In this document: in pieces, positions 24,629 to 34,477 of the stretch
How the letters are laid out: each line of letters starts with the position of its first letter
Position numbering within the stretch: position 1 is the stretch's first letter
Virus record (IMG/VR): IMGVR_UViG_3300045988_038165
Span: 1-47,169 of that record
Strand: one strand, 5' to 3'
Origin: a virus
DNA: 47,169 bases
Notes under the pieces: model-generated
Databases searched by the model: none
The model's input: only the letters and a program-made list of their open reading frames with translations
What the model was told of the DNA's origin: nothing
Made by a program: the position numbers and the translations under genes

Positions 24629-25261
24629 ATGTTGTATTGTGATTGTCCGCTAGGAGCGGCTTTACCGGATATTCCGGCTGTAACATGTCCGGAGAACTTC
24701 GGTCAGATTCAGAAAGTAGTATTTCAGAGATTGATGGGTAAAGCGGCTGAGAATTCAATACCCGTTGCAACTGCTAAAACATTGGCTACTTGGACGGCTT
24801 TACTTGCTGCAAAAGACGCTACTAAAATGGTGGTTTCGCCGTACATTGCTGAGCCGACTGTTGAAGCTGGCGAGGCTTTGACGTATGGAGGTGGAAACGC
24901 AACACCCGGTGGTGTAGTTGAAATTTTGGGGTCTAATAGTACTTCGTTCACAGGGAAACTCCTCAAAACGCCTCAGAAAGTAATTAAGGTTTTAAAGGGT
25001 CTGATGTGCGAAGTAACTGGCGGACTTGGTGTTTGTCTGATTAACGGCAACGGTCAGATCGCTGCTATTAAAGACGGTGAAAACTATAAGCTAATTCCCA
25101 TTGAATCGCTGTTTGTAGGTGATCGCACCATTGGAGGTTTGGAAGCACCGGACACGAATGTAATTTCGTGGAGTTTCAAGCCTAATTGGTCGGATAACTT
25201 GGAGATTTTCAAACCGAACTTTAACCCTCTGACACAGTTAATACCGGCTTCGCCAGAATAA
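24629..25261 (+). CDS. Hypothetical beta-rich protein (210 aa), possibly structural
   Basis: Lies between terL and the portal gene behind its own promoter box. No motif recognised. Confidence 0.5.
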   Translation: MLYCDCPLGAALPDIPAVTCPENFGQIQKVVFQRLMGKAAENSIPVATAKTLATWTALLAAKDATKMVVSPYIAEPTVEAGEALTYGGGNATPGGVVEILGSNSTSFTGKLLKTPQKVIKVLKGLMCEVTGGLGVCLINGNGQIAAIKDGENYKLIPIESLFVGDRTIGGLEAPDTNVISWSFKPNWSDNLEIFKPNFNPLTQLIPASPE

Positions 25262-25263
25262 TA

Positions 25264-25533
25264 ATGAATGCTAAAAAAACAATGGTTTCCCTCACTTGTA
25301 AAGAGTTGGGGGAAACTCGTTTATTTGAAGTTGAACATGCCGAACGTCTTTTATCAATGTTTCCCAAAGGAGGGTGGGAAATGACAGAGGGCGAAGGCTA
25401 TTATTTAAAACAGGATGGGAAAATCAGTCGAAGAAATACGGGAGATATTCAGAAAACCGATAAATCGGAAGTGGATACAGAAAGCGAGGGAGCAGGAGGA
25501 AAGAATAGCCTTTCACGCAAGGGTAAAGGTTGA
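25264..25533 (+). CDS. Hypothetical protein (89 aa); C-terminal 39 codons overlap the portal ORF
   Basis: ATG ORF. The last third is low-complexity and overlaps 25415..27142 by 119 nt, so the true end or the coding status is uncertain. Confidence 0.35.
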   Translation: MNAKKTMVSLTCKELGETRLFEVEHAERLLSMFPKGGWEMTEGEGYYLKQDGKISRRNTGDIQKTDKSEVDTESEGAGGKNSLSRKGKG

Positions 25534-27142
25534 CGATGTACGTACAAAGCCTGCTTTAGACTTTCTTAATAGGGTGAAGATGTGGATAGCACCGGACAAA
25601 TACGAGATATTTAACTCTATGTTTCATTTTCCGGTAAAGACAAACGAGGTTACGAGTGAAATATTCGATAAATTGAGCCGTGTGTTTGACGGTCGGAATC
25701 CTGCTTTTAACTATCAGTTTACCGACTCGGAGGATCGTGATGATTGGGAGTATTACAGGCAGGAAGTACTAAAAGAGCCGCATGTTTGGTCTACCGATGG
25801 TTGGGATAATTTCAAGGATAGAATTAACTCCGTCCTTGTGATTGACTTGCCGGAAGTGCAAGAAGGTGATAAACCAGAGCCTTATTTCTATTTCATTGAT
25901 ATTGCCTCAGTTGTTAGCTACGAAACTACAAAAGAGGATAACAATATAATGGCGTGGATAATGTTCAAGACGAATGATGAAAGACTGATTCAGATTGATG
26001 ATGTTTTTTACAGACGTTTTAAAGTAGAAAAGAACAATTCACTCACATTGGAGGTTGAAAGTACGCATGATTTAGGTTATTGCCCTTCGCGTTTCTTTTG
26101 GTCTGACTCTATATCATTGCAAGAGCCGGATATAAAGAAAAGCCCGCTTACCAAAGTACTTGATTCGCTTGATTGGTATCTGTATCAATCAACGGCAAAG
26201 AAACATCTTGATTTGTACGGTGCTTATCCGATCTATTCCGGATATGAACAAGATTGCGATTATATTGCAAACGGAGGCAAAGAGAGGTGTAACGGACATG
26301 GTTTCTTAATCGGTGATAAGGGTGAATATATTGCAGACATGGACGGTCAACCTATGAAATGTCCAGTATGCTCCTCGAAACGGCTAAGCGGTGCAGGTTC
26401 TTATGTAGAAATACCAGTACCAAACGAGCAGCAACCGGACTTATCAGATCCTATCAAAATGCTAACAGCCGATGTATCTGCTTTGCAGTATAACGTGTCT
26501 GAGGAGGAACGTTTAAAGAAGAACATTATTACCTCTGTGACAGGTGTAGGCGGCGAAGTGCAGAAAGAAACAGCTGTAAACGAGAAACAAGTACAGGCTT
26601 CATTTGAGAGTCAAACGACAATTCTAAACCGGATCAAACGAGGCTTTGAGGAAGCACAATGCTTTGTAGACGCAACTGTTTGCCGACTGAGATACGGGAA
26701 TACTTTCGTTTCATGTTCAATTAACTACGGGACTGAGTTCTATATCTATACACCGGAACAACTTGCAGAGAGATACAAAGTACTCAAAGAGTCGGGAGCG
26801 AGCGAAAGCGAGTTAGACGCTATGCGTACACAGATAATCGAAACAGAGTACAGGCATGACCCAATACAAATGCAAAGGTTATTAATCTTGAAAGAGATTG
26901 AGCCTTATTCTCACTTAACGAGGGAAGAAGCAATTAATTTGTATAAAGAAAACGTTATAAGTGAGGAAGATTTGCGGATAAAACTAAACTTGCCTACATT
27001 TGTGCGTAGATTTGAAAGAGAGAACATGAATATTATAGAGTTTGGCTCTAATATTGATTACTCTAATAAGATAAACAAAATTTTAGAAACATTAAAACGT
27101 TATGCAAATGAACAGACCACTTTACCCGGAGCACCAGCTTGA
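25415..27142 (+). CDS. Portal protein (by size and position)
   Basis: 575 aa, the first large ORF after terL and upstream of the scaffold/capsid genes. Contains a KCPVCSSK zinc-knuckle-like insert. Confidence 0.55.
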   Translation: MGKSVEEIREIFRKPINRKWIQKAREQEERIAFHARVKVDDVRTKPALDFLNRVKMWIAPDKYEIFNSMFHFPVKTNEVTSEIFDKLSRVFDGRNPAFNYQFTDSEDRDDWEYYRQEVLKEPHVWSTDGWDNFKDRINSVLVIDLPEVQEGDKPEPYFYFIDIASVVSYETTKEDNNIMAWIMFKTNDERLIQIDDVFYRRFKVEKNNSLTLEVESTHDLGYCPSRFFWSDSISLQEPDIKKSPLTKVLDSLDWYLYQSTAKKHLDLYGAYPIYSGYEQDCDYIANGGKERCNGHGFLIGDKGEYIADMDGQPMKCPVCSSKRLSGAGSYVEIPVPNEQQPDLSDPIKMLTADVSALQYNVSEEERLKKNIITSVTGVGGEVQKETAVNEKQVQASFESQTTILNRIKRGFEEAQCFVDATVCRLRYGNTFVSCSINYGTEFYIYTPEQLAERYKVLKESGASESELDAMRTQIIETEYRHDPIQMQRLLILKEIEPYSHLTREEAINLYKENVISEEDLRIKLNLPTFVRRFERENMNIIEFGSNIDYSNKINKILETLKRYANEQTTLPGAPA

Positions 27143-27503
27143 TAAGGTGACAGCAGACAATTATCTGTGTCCGGAGAATGAAAAAGGTCACTATCATGTG
27201 ATTCAAGAAAGGTTACAGTTTGACCCAAATACTGGTGCAAGAGTGTTTTCGCCAGTCTTGCAGAAATACAGACCTTTAACTTTTGAAATGACGGTTTACC
27301 CGTATTTGAGTCGTGGAGGTTACGACATCAGAATTGTGCACGATCCTCGAAAGTATGCAAAGGATATGCAGGAATATTCAGAACAGGTTAAAAAAGCAAA
27401 GCAAGAACAGGCTTTAGAGGAACTGAGAGAACAGATCAGAGAGGAAGAGAGAAAGAAGGTTATTGCTGAGTTGAAAAAGGAAGAAAAGAAAGGAGGTAGG
27501 TAA
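27102..27503 (+). CDS. Hypothetical head-module protein (133 aa)
   Basis: ATG ORF with a charged coiled C-tail (EQALEELREQIREEERKKVIAELKKEEKK). Confidence 0.5.
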   Translation: MQMNRPLYPEHQLDKVTADNYLCPENEKGHYHVIQERLQFDPNTGARVFSPVLQKYRPLTFEMTVYPYLSRGGYDIRIVHDPRKYAKDMQEYSEQVKKAKQEQALEELREQIREEERKKVIAELKKEEKKGGR

Positions 27504-28420
27504 TGTTAACGGTAGATATTCTAAAACAAAATAAAGCTCTTTCGGAGCTAACAGATGAACAGTTGAATGCTATTGCTACTCTTTCTCAGAATGACGAAAC
27601 GCAGGTTGTTCAGACGAAAGTCAAGGAGGAAAGAGCAAAAGCAACTTTATCACTGAGTCAAGCGTTCGGCATTGACGATGTTACAGACCTCACACTTGAA
27701 AAGGCTGTTGAGTTCGGTAAGAACAAATTTTCTTCTATCGATTCTGCTAAGTTTGAAAAAACTATTTCAGACCTTAAAACAGAACTTGAGGCCGAAAAAG
27801 CAAAGAAGGTAGGTGATAAGGATAACGATAAAATAGCCGCTTTGCAGGCTGAGTTAAACGATACTAAGACGAAGTATTCGGAACTAACAAATCAGCTTAC
27901 AGAGAAAGAAAAAGAGTTCTCAAACAAGCTATCCGATTATAAGATCACTTCCCATATTACACAGGCTTTAGGCAGCATGAAGTTTGGAAAGGGAGTTAAT
28001 GACGCTGTGTTGAATATTATCAAACAGCAAGCAGTTAACGATCTGAAAACTGAGTTTACTCCTACAATTGTCGAGAAAGACGGTAAGGAAAGCGTTATCT
28101 TTATGAAAGACGGTGTACCTTACAACAATCCTGCAAATGGTCTGAATCCTTACTCTGTATCTGAACTGCTGACTGAGAAACTGAAACCTTTTGGTGTTCT
28201 TGACGAAGGAAGGACAGTGGGAGGTGCAGGAGGCAAAGGAGGCGGAAAAGGAACGCCAACGGCAATTGATTTGACAGGCTGTAAGACAAAGGTAGAAGCA
28301 CAGGAAGTTGCGCATAAATACCTTGCCGGAAAGGGTCTAACAGTGGGGTCGGAAGAGTACCAAACGGAACTCAATACAATTTGGCAAGAGAATGATATTC
28401 AAAACTTGCCTTTACAGTAA
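27503..28420 (+). CDS. Scaffolding protein (by composition and position)
   Basis: 305 aa, helical and coiled-coil-rich with a Gly-rich C-terminal patch. Directly upstream of the capsid gene. Confidence 0.5.
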   Translation: MLTVDILKQNKALSELTDEQLNAIATLSQNDETQVVQTKVKEERAKATLSLSQAFGIDDVTDLTLEKAVEFGKNKFSSIDSAKFEKTISDLKTELEAEKAKKVGDKDNDKIAALQAELNDTKTKYSELTNQLTEKEKEFSNKLSDYKITSHITQALGSMKFGKGVNDAVLNIIKQQAVNDLKTEFTPTIVEKDGKESVIFMKDGVPYNNPANGLNPYSVSELLTEKLKPFGVLDEGRTVGGAGGKGGGKGTPTAIDLTGCKTKVEAQEVAHKYLAGKGLTVGSEEYQTELNTIWQENDIQNLPLQ

Positions 28421-28469
28421 AACAAAAGGGGAGCGATCCCCACATTATAAACTTTAAAAACAGATTATT

Positions 28470-29669
28470 ATGAGCTTAATTGCGACACGCACTCAAGAAA
28501 TGCGGTTGAGAAATCCGCAAGTTGACAAAAACATGAGTCGCCTCACAGAGTGGGGTGCGCTTGACTTTTTCCTTTCTCAGACGAATGCACCTGATTCTAT
28601 GCTCACCGATGAAACGAAGCGTAGAGCATTTAGTTCTATGGGTACAGACATCAAAATTCCGGTGATTGATTATGACGGTACTGTAACAGTTGCAAACGAA
28701 CGCACATGCGTAATTGCGGACGCTGAGAATACCTCTAAACTGATGGCTGTTGTATGGAAAACATACGCTTTCGGTTTTACGATGGTCCCGACTATGTTTA
28801 ACAACAACGAAATTGACTATCAGAAAGATTTTGAAAAGAAAATGCTTAAGTTTTCTCGTAAATTCTTAGACCAAGTTGACAAGGACGCTATTGCAGCACT
28901 GGAAGCAGCTAAAACGCAAAAGTTTGGCAACCTGCTTTACTACACGCAGACAGCGAATGACGTACAGGTTAACTACATGCAGCGTAACGATATTTTAGGT
29001 GACTTGCACCCGATGTTCCGTTCTATGGACTATTCCGGTCAACTTCATATCGTAGGTGATACAGGTGTAGACGCTATTGTTCGGAAGTTGGAACAACACG
29101 GAATCTACAACGATGTTAACAAGCAACTGGAATATGCAAATAAGATTTTCCACTTTACAAATAACATGGTTTTGGAAAGCGAAAACTTTGCTCAATTCTA
29201 CGCAGTTGAAAGTGGTAACGTTGGTATGTTGACCCGTGTTGACCGCGAAGCCCTCAGACGAGCAACCTCTAAAGCAGGTCACGAATGGGACGTTATCAAC
29301 TTCCCGTTTGCAGGTTTCCAGGTTGGAACGCATTACTACGAATCAGTAGGCGATCAGTCAAAAACCGCAGGCGCAGCAACTGCTGACATGACATGTAACA
29401 TTAAAGAGCACTACGGTTTTTCTGTTGATATTGCTTTCGTTGTAGCTTACAACTCAGCACCGGAAACTGTTTCTAACCCGGTTATGAAGGTTGAAATCAA
29501 GAAGGACGGCTCTCAATTTGGAGGTACACCAGTTTACATTACGAACGCTGCACAAGTAGGAGTCCCCGGTGAGGGTGGTGCGCTTGATGTAAACATTGCA
29601 CAGGTCAAAGGTGAAGCAGCGTCAGCAACTGGCGGTGTTCTTAACGTGAAAACCTCGGCAGATGCATAG
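28470..29669 (+). CDS. Major capsid protein (by position)
   Basis: 399 aa, after the scaffold gene and followed by the strongest terminator in the late region. Confidence 0.6.
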   Translation: MSLIATRTQEMRLRNPQVDKNMSRLTEWGALDFFLSQTNAPDSMLTDETKRRAFSSMGTDIKIPVIDYDGTVTVANERTCVIADAENTSKLMAVVWKTYAFGFTMVPTMFNNNEIDYQKDFEKKMLKFSRKFLDQVDKDAIAALEAAKTQKFGNLLYYTQTANDVQVNYMQRNDILGDLHPMFRSMDYSGQLHIVGDTGVDAIVRKLEQHGIYNDVNKQLEYANKIFHFTNNMVLESENFAQFYAVESGNVGMLTRVDREALRRATSKAGHEWDVINFPFAGFQVGTHYYESVGDQSKTAGAATADMTCNIKEHYGFSVDIAFVVAYNSAPETVSNPVMKVEIKKDGSQFGGTPVYITNAAQVGVPGEGGALDVNIAQVKGEAASATGGVLNVKTSADA

Positions 29670-29699
29670 CGAGAAACTAAAATAGATGTTTAATTAAAA

Positions 29700-29731
29700 G
29701 GGAGGGGAAAGAAATATCCCTTCCCTTTTTT
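29700..29731 (+). terminator. Rho-independent terminator after the capsid gene
   Basis: GGGAGGGGA (29700..29708) / TCCCTTCCC (29717..29725), 9 bp with one G-U pair, followed by T6. Confidence 0.8.
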
Positions 29732-29744
29732 AATTTGAAGCAAC

Positions 29745-31049
29745 ATGTATAGAATAAAAGACATAAAAGATAGCTTAAAAAACGTAGTAGGTTGGAGGCA
29801 GTCGTACGATTTAGACAATCAGATAGACACCGAACTAACAACGTCTGAAAGCGGTATTTCTTATCAAGACGTTCACCCACTTGTGACGCTTGAAAACATA
29901 TCATCTATCATGCCGTTAGATTACTATAAGAAGTATCCGGAATATAGCGATACAAAGACTTATGCAATCGGTGACAAGGTGAGATTTAACAGTGATCCTC
30001 TATTGTCTAAACCATCTGTATGGATAGCTACAAACGGAACAACCGGAGAGCAGCCCTCAGAGGGTAGTCAAAACTGGAAGAGATATAACACTTTATCTGA
30101 TTACCTCAGAGAGTTAAACGAAAAAGCAATAACGGCTACTATCACTAAGTTTATCACAGAAAAGACGATAGCGGGGGAAACAAAGACGCTGTTAGAGCGT
30201 AGGCCACTGTTTGATGGTTCGGGCTACTACACTAACCAAATTGACCCTACAAAGAGCATGGTAGGATATGAAATATTGCCAGTTCGGGCGATGGGTGTTA
30301 CTACGAAGATCGAAAAAATCGGTTTGCAGTTTACGAAGCCAGTGAAAGTTAAGATGTATCTTTTCCACAGCTCACAGCCTCAGCCCATACACACGTTTGA
30401 CTTGAATTATACCGGAAATGGTGCGTATCAATGGTTTGATACACCGGACGTATTTCTGCCGTACATCTCTGAGATAACCTCACCGGGTGGCACATGGTAT
30501 CTGTGCTACGATCAAGAATCATTGCCGTATGATGTATTTGCAATCAACATGGCAAAAGACTTTAGCGCGGAGCCATGCGGAACTTGCAACGTTGGAAGTG
30601 TGCAGGCGTGGAGAGAGCTAACAAAGTATATTCAAATATCACCGTTCCGGAACGACACAAAGCAGGGGGATAATCTGTTTGATATTCAATCAAGCGTCTA
30701 TACACCTGCAACATGTTACGGAATGAATGTGCAGTTTACGGTAGCTTGTGACATCACCGACTTCATTATAAGCGAAAGACTTGTATTTGCGAACGCTCTT
30801 TCTTTGCAGATGGCTGCTTATATCCTCAGAGAACTTGCTTTGAATCCGAACGTCCGGCAGAATGCTAATCAATTAAACATTGATAGAGAATCAATCTTAT
30901 ACGAGGTTGACGGTGTGTCACAGGGACGTTCGCAGGGTATCGGGCATCAGTTGAATCAAGCAATGAAGGCATTGAGCGTTGATACAAAAGGGATGGATAG
31001 AATATGCTTGACGTGTAAAAATGGTGGTATCAGATTTAAATCGACATGA
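29745..31049 (+). CDS. Virion-module protein of unknown role (434 aa)
   Basis: A large ORF after the capsid gene. No motif recognised. Confidence 0.55.
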   Translation: MYRIKDIKDSLKNVVGWRQSYDLDNQIDTELTTSESGISYQDVHPLVTLENISSIMPLDYYKKYPEYSDTKTYAIGDKVRFNSDPLLSKPSVWIATNGTTGEQPSEGSQNWKRYNTLSDYLRELNEKAITATITKFITEKTIAGETKTLLERRPLFDGSGYYTNQIDPTKSMVGYEILPVRAMGVTTKIEKIGLQFTKPVKVKMYLFHSSQPQPIHTFDLNYTGNGAYQWFDTPDVFLPYISEITSPGGTWYLCYDQESLPYDVFAINMAKDFSAEPCGTCNVGSVQAWRELTKYIQISPFRNDTKQGDNLFDIQSSVYTPATCYGMNVQFTVACDITDFIISERLVFANALSLQMAAYILRELALNPNVRQNANQLNIDRESILYEVDGVSQGRSQGIGHQLNQAMKALSVDTKGMDRICLTCKNGGIRFKST

Positions 31050-31498
31050 TAACAACATTGTTAGATAGAGTTAAGAAAGTGAAAGAGGCTTTAGATACCG
31101 GACGAATAGCGAAGGAGATTGTGCGGGATAACGATAACATACTTATCGACATGAACGCACAAGACCAGCTATTCGCCAAAGGCGTTAACAGGTTGGGAGT
31201 CCGGATAGACGAATATAGACCGTACAGCCCTTTCACTATCAAGGTTAAGATAGAGAAACGGCAACCGTACGACCGGGTGACTTTGAAGGACACAGGGGAG
31301 TTTTACGACTCTTTCTACGTTGAAACGGCTGAGGATAGATTCTATATTAAAGCCTCAGACGAAAAAACGGACTGGTTGATTAAAAAATACGGTGCTGAGA
31401 TATTTGGTTTAACTAATGAGTCGCTTGCCGAATTTATTAACGATTATGTGAAAGATGAAGCGGCAAAAAAAGTCAAGGAGATACTAAATGAAAGATAG
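31046..31498 (+). CDS. Neck / head-completion candidate (150 aa)
   Basis: ATGA overlap with the upstream gene. The call rests on position only. Confidence 0.4.
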   Translation: MITTLLDRVKKVKEALDTGRIAKEIVRDNDNILIDMNAQDQLFAKGVNRLGVRIDEYRPYSPFTIKVKIEKRQPYDRVTLKDTGEFYDSFYVETAEDRFYIKASDEKTDWLIKKYGAEIFGLTNESLAEFINDYVKDEAAKKVKEILNER

Positions 31499-32057
31499 AG
31501 CTATTTTAAAGCCGAATGCGGTACTTTTCGATGAAGTGATAGGAAATGTACAGGTTAGCCTCGTAAAGTCGCTACAATGGCTAAATTATGCGTTTGGAAG
31601 CGCATATAAGTTAGTGGAGCGAACAGAGAAAGGAAAGTTCATCACTCCTTCTGTTTATTACAAGGATAAAGACTATTTGAGGTTAGAGCCGAATGACAAA
31701 TACGGTAACACCTGCTTTTTCTATATCCACGACTCACAAGATTACGAGGATAACGGAGCGTTCGGTTTCGGTGATTTGAAAGGTGAGGTGAGTATTATAT
31801 TCTGGTTCGACACCCGGACAATTCCCGGTGCGGAAGGGTACAACGTTGAGTTCGTCAAACAACGCATATTGCGAGCGTTAACGCATGAACTTGAAATACC
31901 ATACGGAGGCTTAAACGTTAAACGGGTATTAAATGACGCAAAGAATGTATATGACGGTTTCAGCATAGATAAGACCGACAATCAATTCTACGTATATCCT
32001 TATGCTTGTCTAAGGTTTGTATGTGACATGGTAGCACCGGAGGCGTGTTATCCATAA
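31488..32057 (+). CDS. Neck / tail-completion candidate (189 aa)
   Basis: Overlaps the upstream gene by 11 nt. The call rests on position only. Confidence 0.4.
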   Translation: MKDRAILKPNAVLFDEVIGNVQVSLVKSLQWLNYAFGSAYKLVERTEKGKFITPSVYYKDKDYLRLEPNDKYGNTCFFYIHDSQDYEDNGAFGFGDLKGEVSIIFWFDTRTIPGAEGYNVEFVKQRILRALTHELEIPYGGLNVKRVLNDAKNVYDGFSIDKTDNQFYVYPYACLRFVCDMVAPEACYP

Positions 32058-32065
32058 TACGATAA

Positions 32066-32102
32066 GGGGAATATATATATATATATGTATATATCCCCTT
32101 TT
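32066..32102 (+). terminator. Terminator hairpin containing a (TA)n tract
   Basis: GGGGAATATATATATATATATGTATATATCCCC followed by TTTT. Confidence 0.7.
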
Positions 32103-32211
32103 GTGTTAAATAAGTGTTAAAGATTAAAGTTTTGCTTTGTGTTTTAAAAGTTATGCTTATATTTGCAATGTCAAAAGGAAACAAAGTACTAACAATTAAA
32201 AAACAACAATT
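32103..32211 (+). promoter_or_regulatory. Promoter-leader cassette, copy E (-7 box TAtaTTTG 32158..32165)
   Basis: 105/109 identical to the early cassette at 18161..18269. Confidence 0.7.
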
Positions 32212-32394
32212 ATGAAAACAGATTTATTTAGTCAGAGAACAATTGAAAAATTTATTATGATTGAATTTGTTAAGGGTAACATGGATACTAAAGAGCAGGT
32301 AGATAGCATGATAGAATTAGTTCAAAGAAAATTAGACTTTTCATATAACGAAACATGTGACTTTATAAGGAACGCTATCGGTATAAACGCTTAA
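32212..32394 (+). CDS. Hypothetical small protein (60 aa), first gene of the accessory island
   Basis: ATG at the end of the conserved leader. Confidence 0.5.
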   Translation: MKTDLFSQRTIEKFIMIEFVKGNMDTKEQVDSMIELVQRKLDFSYNETCDFIRNAIGINA

Positions 32395-32410
32395 ATTAGA
32401 ATATTAACAA

Positions 32411-32428
32411 GTGGGGGTAATACCCCAC
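32411..32428 (+). repeat. GTAAYA-loop hairpin, copy 4 (GTGGGG-GTAATA-CCCCAC)
   Basis: Same loop and same AT-rich 3' context (ATTTAAAA) as the hairpins at 11390, 11957 and 12268. Confidence 0.7.
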
Positions 32429-32446
32429 ATTTAAAATAAAAATAAA

Positions 32447-33145
32447 ATGAACGAATTAATAAAAGTTGAAATTGAAACCAAAGACGGTGTAAATTTTGTA
32501 AGTAGTAGAGTGATTGCCAGTGAACTTGGAAAGGAGCATAAACATGTATTGGAGAGTATTAGGAAGATAGGTCAAAATCTCGACCCATCTAATTTCATAG
32601 AAAGTTCCTATCTCGACTCTTACGGAAGGGCTAAAGTAGAATACCTTTTAACTAAAGACGGTTTCACACTTTATATGTTCAATATTCAAGGTTACAACGA
32701 GTTTAAGATGGCTTATATAAACCGATTCAATGAAATGGAAAAGGCATTGAAGGAAATACAGCCTAAATTGCCTCAAACGTACAAAGAGGCTTTAAAGGAA
32801 CTACTCGTACAGGTAGAGGAAAACGAACGGTTACAGATTGAGAACAAAGATATGAAGCCCAAAGCCGAATACTTTGATGAAATAGTAGACCGGAACGGAC
32901 TAACCAATTTCAGAGATACAGCAAAGCTGTTAGGCGTGTCCGAAAAAGCACTTATCTTTCTTCTGATTGATAAGAAGTACATATACCGAGATCAGAAAGG
33001 AAAGTTGAAGCCAATTGCCAAGTATGTTGGAAACTATTTGGAGTTGAAGGAATGGGCGAAAGGTGAAAAGGCAGGGACTCAAACACTGGTAACTGCAAAA
33101 GGTAGAGATCACTTTTTAAAATTAATCAATAACGTAAAATTGTAA
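32447..33145 (+). CDS. Rha-N / KilAC antirepressor-like protein, paralogue 4
   Basis: VIASELGKEHKHVLESIRKI, plus a C-terminal half close to paralogue 1 (KPKAEYFDEIV...FRDTAKLLGVSE...KLKPIAKYVGNYL). Confidence 0.7.
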   Translation: MNELIKVEIETKDGVNFVSSRVIASELGKEHKHVLESIRKIGQNLDPSNFIESSYLDSYGRAKVEYLLTKDGFTLYMFNIQGYNEFKMAYINRFNEMEKALKEIQPKLPQTYKEALKELLVQVEENERLQIENKDMKPKAEYFDEIVDRNGLTNFRDTAKLLGVSEKALIFLLIDKKYIYRDQKGKLKPIAKYVGNYLELKEWAKGEKAGTQTLVTAKGRDHFLKLINNVKL

Positions 33146-33149
33146 TAAC

Positions 33150-33983
33150 ATGGAAAAGAAAGTAAATAGCACAGGGATGTATGAAACAACGTATTCTGGT
33201 GATGTATTCGTAGGTAAATTATCCACGCCTACAAAGATAGGTTTAACAGACCAAACGAAAGTAGCTCTTTTGGAGTATCTGACAGAGAGTGACGATTTTC
33301 ACAAACTGGTATGCGATATAACCGGAACTGAAAGAAAGCAGGTGAAAGTCTCCCAGGAACTTGAAAAGCTGAAAGAGGACTATTCGTATGTATGTGATAG
33401 ATATAAGAAGGAACAACAGAAAAGCAATTATTTGCTTAACAAATGGAGGAAAGAAACGGCAAGGAGATTGGAAGCTGAAAAAGAAAGAGATAATGCGGAA
33501 AGGCATCATAAGTTTATAGTTGATGAAATATTCTCAATGCTGAAAGAAGTTGAGTGTGGCTCTGTGAGAGGTATCGTAGATGAATTGAAGGCTGAGAGAA
33601 CAAACGGAAAATTGTTGGCGGAGGAAAACGAGATGTGCAGACGGGAGAATGACAAACTAAAGCTAAACTATGATAAGGTATGCAAGGAAAAGGAAAAATC
33701 GGAAAAGGTAAAGTATGAAACAGAAAAGAAGTACAATACAGACTTTGAGTATCTCAATAAATGCAATCAGAATCAAGCAAAGACCATTACTAACCAAATG
33801 AACGACATTTTGAGTCTGAGGAACGAACTTATCGAAGTAAGAACGGAACTTGCAGAACAGAAAGAGTTAGCTAAAAAGTATATGGCTAAATCTGAGAAAC
33901 TGCAATCAAAGTTGGATAAAGCCTCAAAACGTTATGGTGAATTGATTAAGCTAATCAGTGATAAAGCTATCAAGTCTATTTAA
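33150..33983 (+). CDS. Coiled-coil protein (277 aa)
   Basis: A globular N-terminal region of about 60 aa is followed by long heptad-like charged helices. No motif recognised. Confidence 0.55.
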   Translation: MEKKVNSTGMYETTYSGDVFVGKLSTPTKIGLTDQTKVALLEYLTESDDFHKLVCDITGTERKQVKVSQELEKLKEDYSYVCDRYKKEQQKSNYLLNKWRKETARRLEAEKERDNAERHHKFIVDEIFSMLKEVECGSVRGIVDELKAERTNGKLLAEENEMCRRENDKLKLNYDKVCKEKEKSEKVKYETEKKYNTDFEYLNKCNQNQAKTITNQMNDILSLRNELIEVRTELAEQKELAKKYMAKSEKLQSKLDKASKRYGELIKLISDKAIKSI

Positions 33984-34029
33984 TATAAACAGTCCGGTGT
34001 GAAAGCCGGACTTAAAAAGGAGGTTAAAA

Positions 34030-34272
34030 ATGCGTAGATTATCTATGTCAGACAAAGGTTTGCTTATTCCGGAAGAAGGGGAAATATTTTTTGCGGAAGT
34101 ACCAAATAAGGGGATAGATCGAAAAGTGAAAACACTGGTATCGAAAGACAAAAATCGATGCGAGAATTGTGTTTTTTATAATGGTGAACTCGGTGAATTG
34201 TGTTGGAGGGTGATGTGTCTTGAAGAAGGTGTACAATATACATTTAAGAGGGTGAGCGATGGGGAGATTTAA
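34030..34272 (+). CDS. Cys4 mini-protein, paralogue 1 (80 aa)
   Basis: RCENCVFYNGELGELCWRVMC has the spacing C-x2-C-x10-C-x4-C. Confidence 0.55.
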   Translation: MRRLSMSDKGLLIPEEGEIFFAEVPNKGIDRKVKTLVSKDKNRCENCVFYNGELGELCWRVMCLEEGVQYTFKRVSDGEI

Positions 34273-34477
34273 AAGCGTAGAACTATATGACACATTCATA
34301 ATAGATCACCCTGTAACAGGGGAAACAATCAGAGTGCAAGCGATGGAAGGCAACAATGTAATATCATGCAGAGAATGCCTATTTAGGCAAAAGGAGTTTA
34401 AAAAGATATGCCCGCTTATGCGATGTGTAGACATGGCTACGGGAAAGTGTCAAACCTATAAACAAGTAAAGTTATGA
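34259..34477 (+). CDS. Cys4 mini-protein, paralogue 2 (72 aa)
   Basis: SCRECLFRQKEFKKICPLMRC has the same C-x2-C-x10-C-x4-C spacing. Confidence 0.55.
   Translation: MGRFKSVELYDTFIIDHPVTGETIRVQAMEGNNVISCRECLFRQKEFKKICPLMRCVDMATGKCQTYKQVKL

Noticed and set aside
25264-25533. Programmed frameshift fusing the 89-aa ORF to the portal ORF.
   Set aside because: The portal frame is +1 relative to the small ORF, and I see no convincing slippery motif at the overlap. The N-terminal part does not resemble a portal extension, so I keep them as two ORFs with uncertain boundaries.
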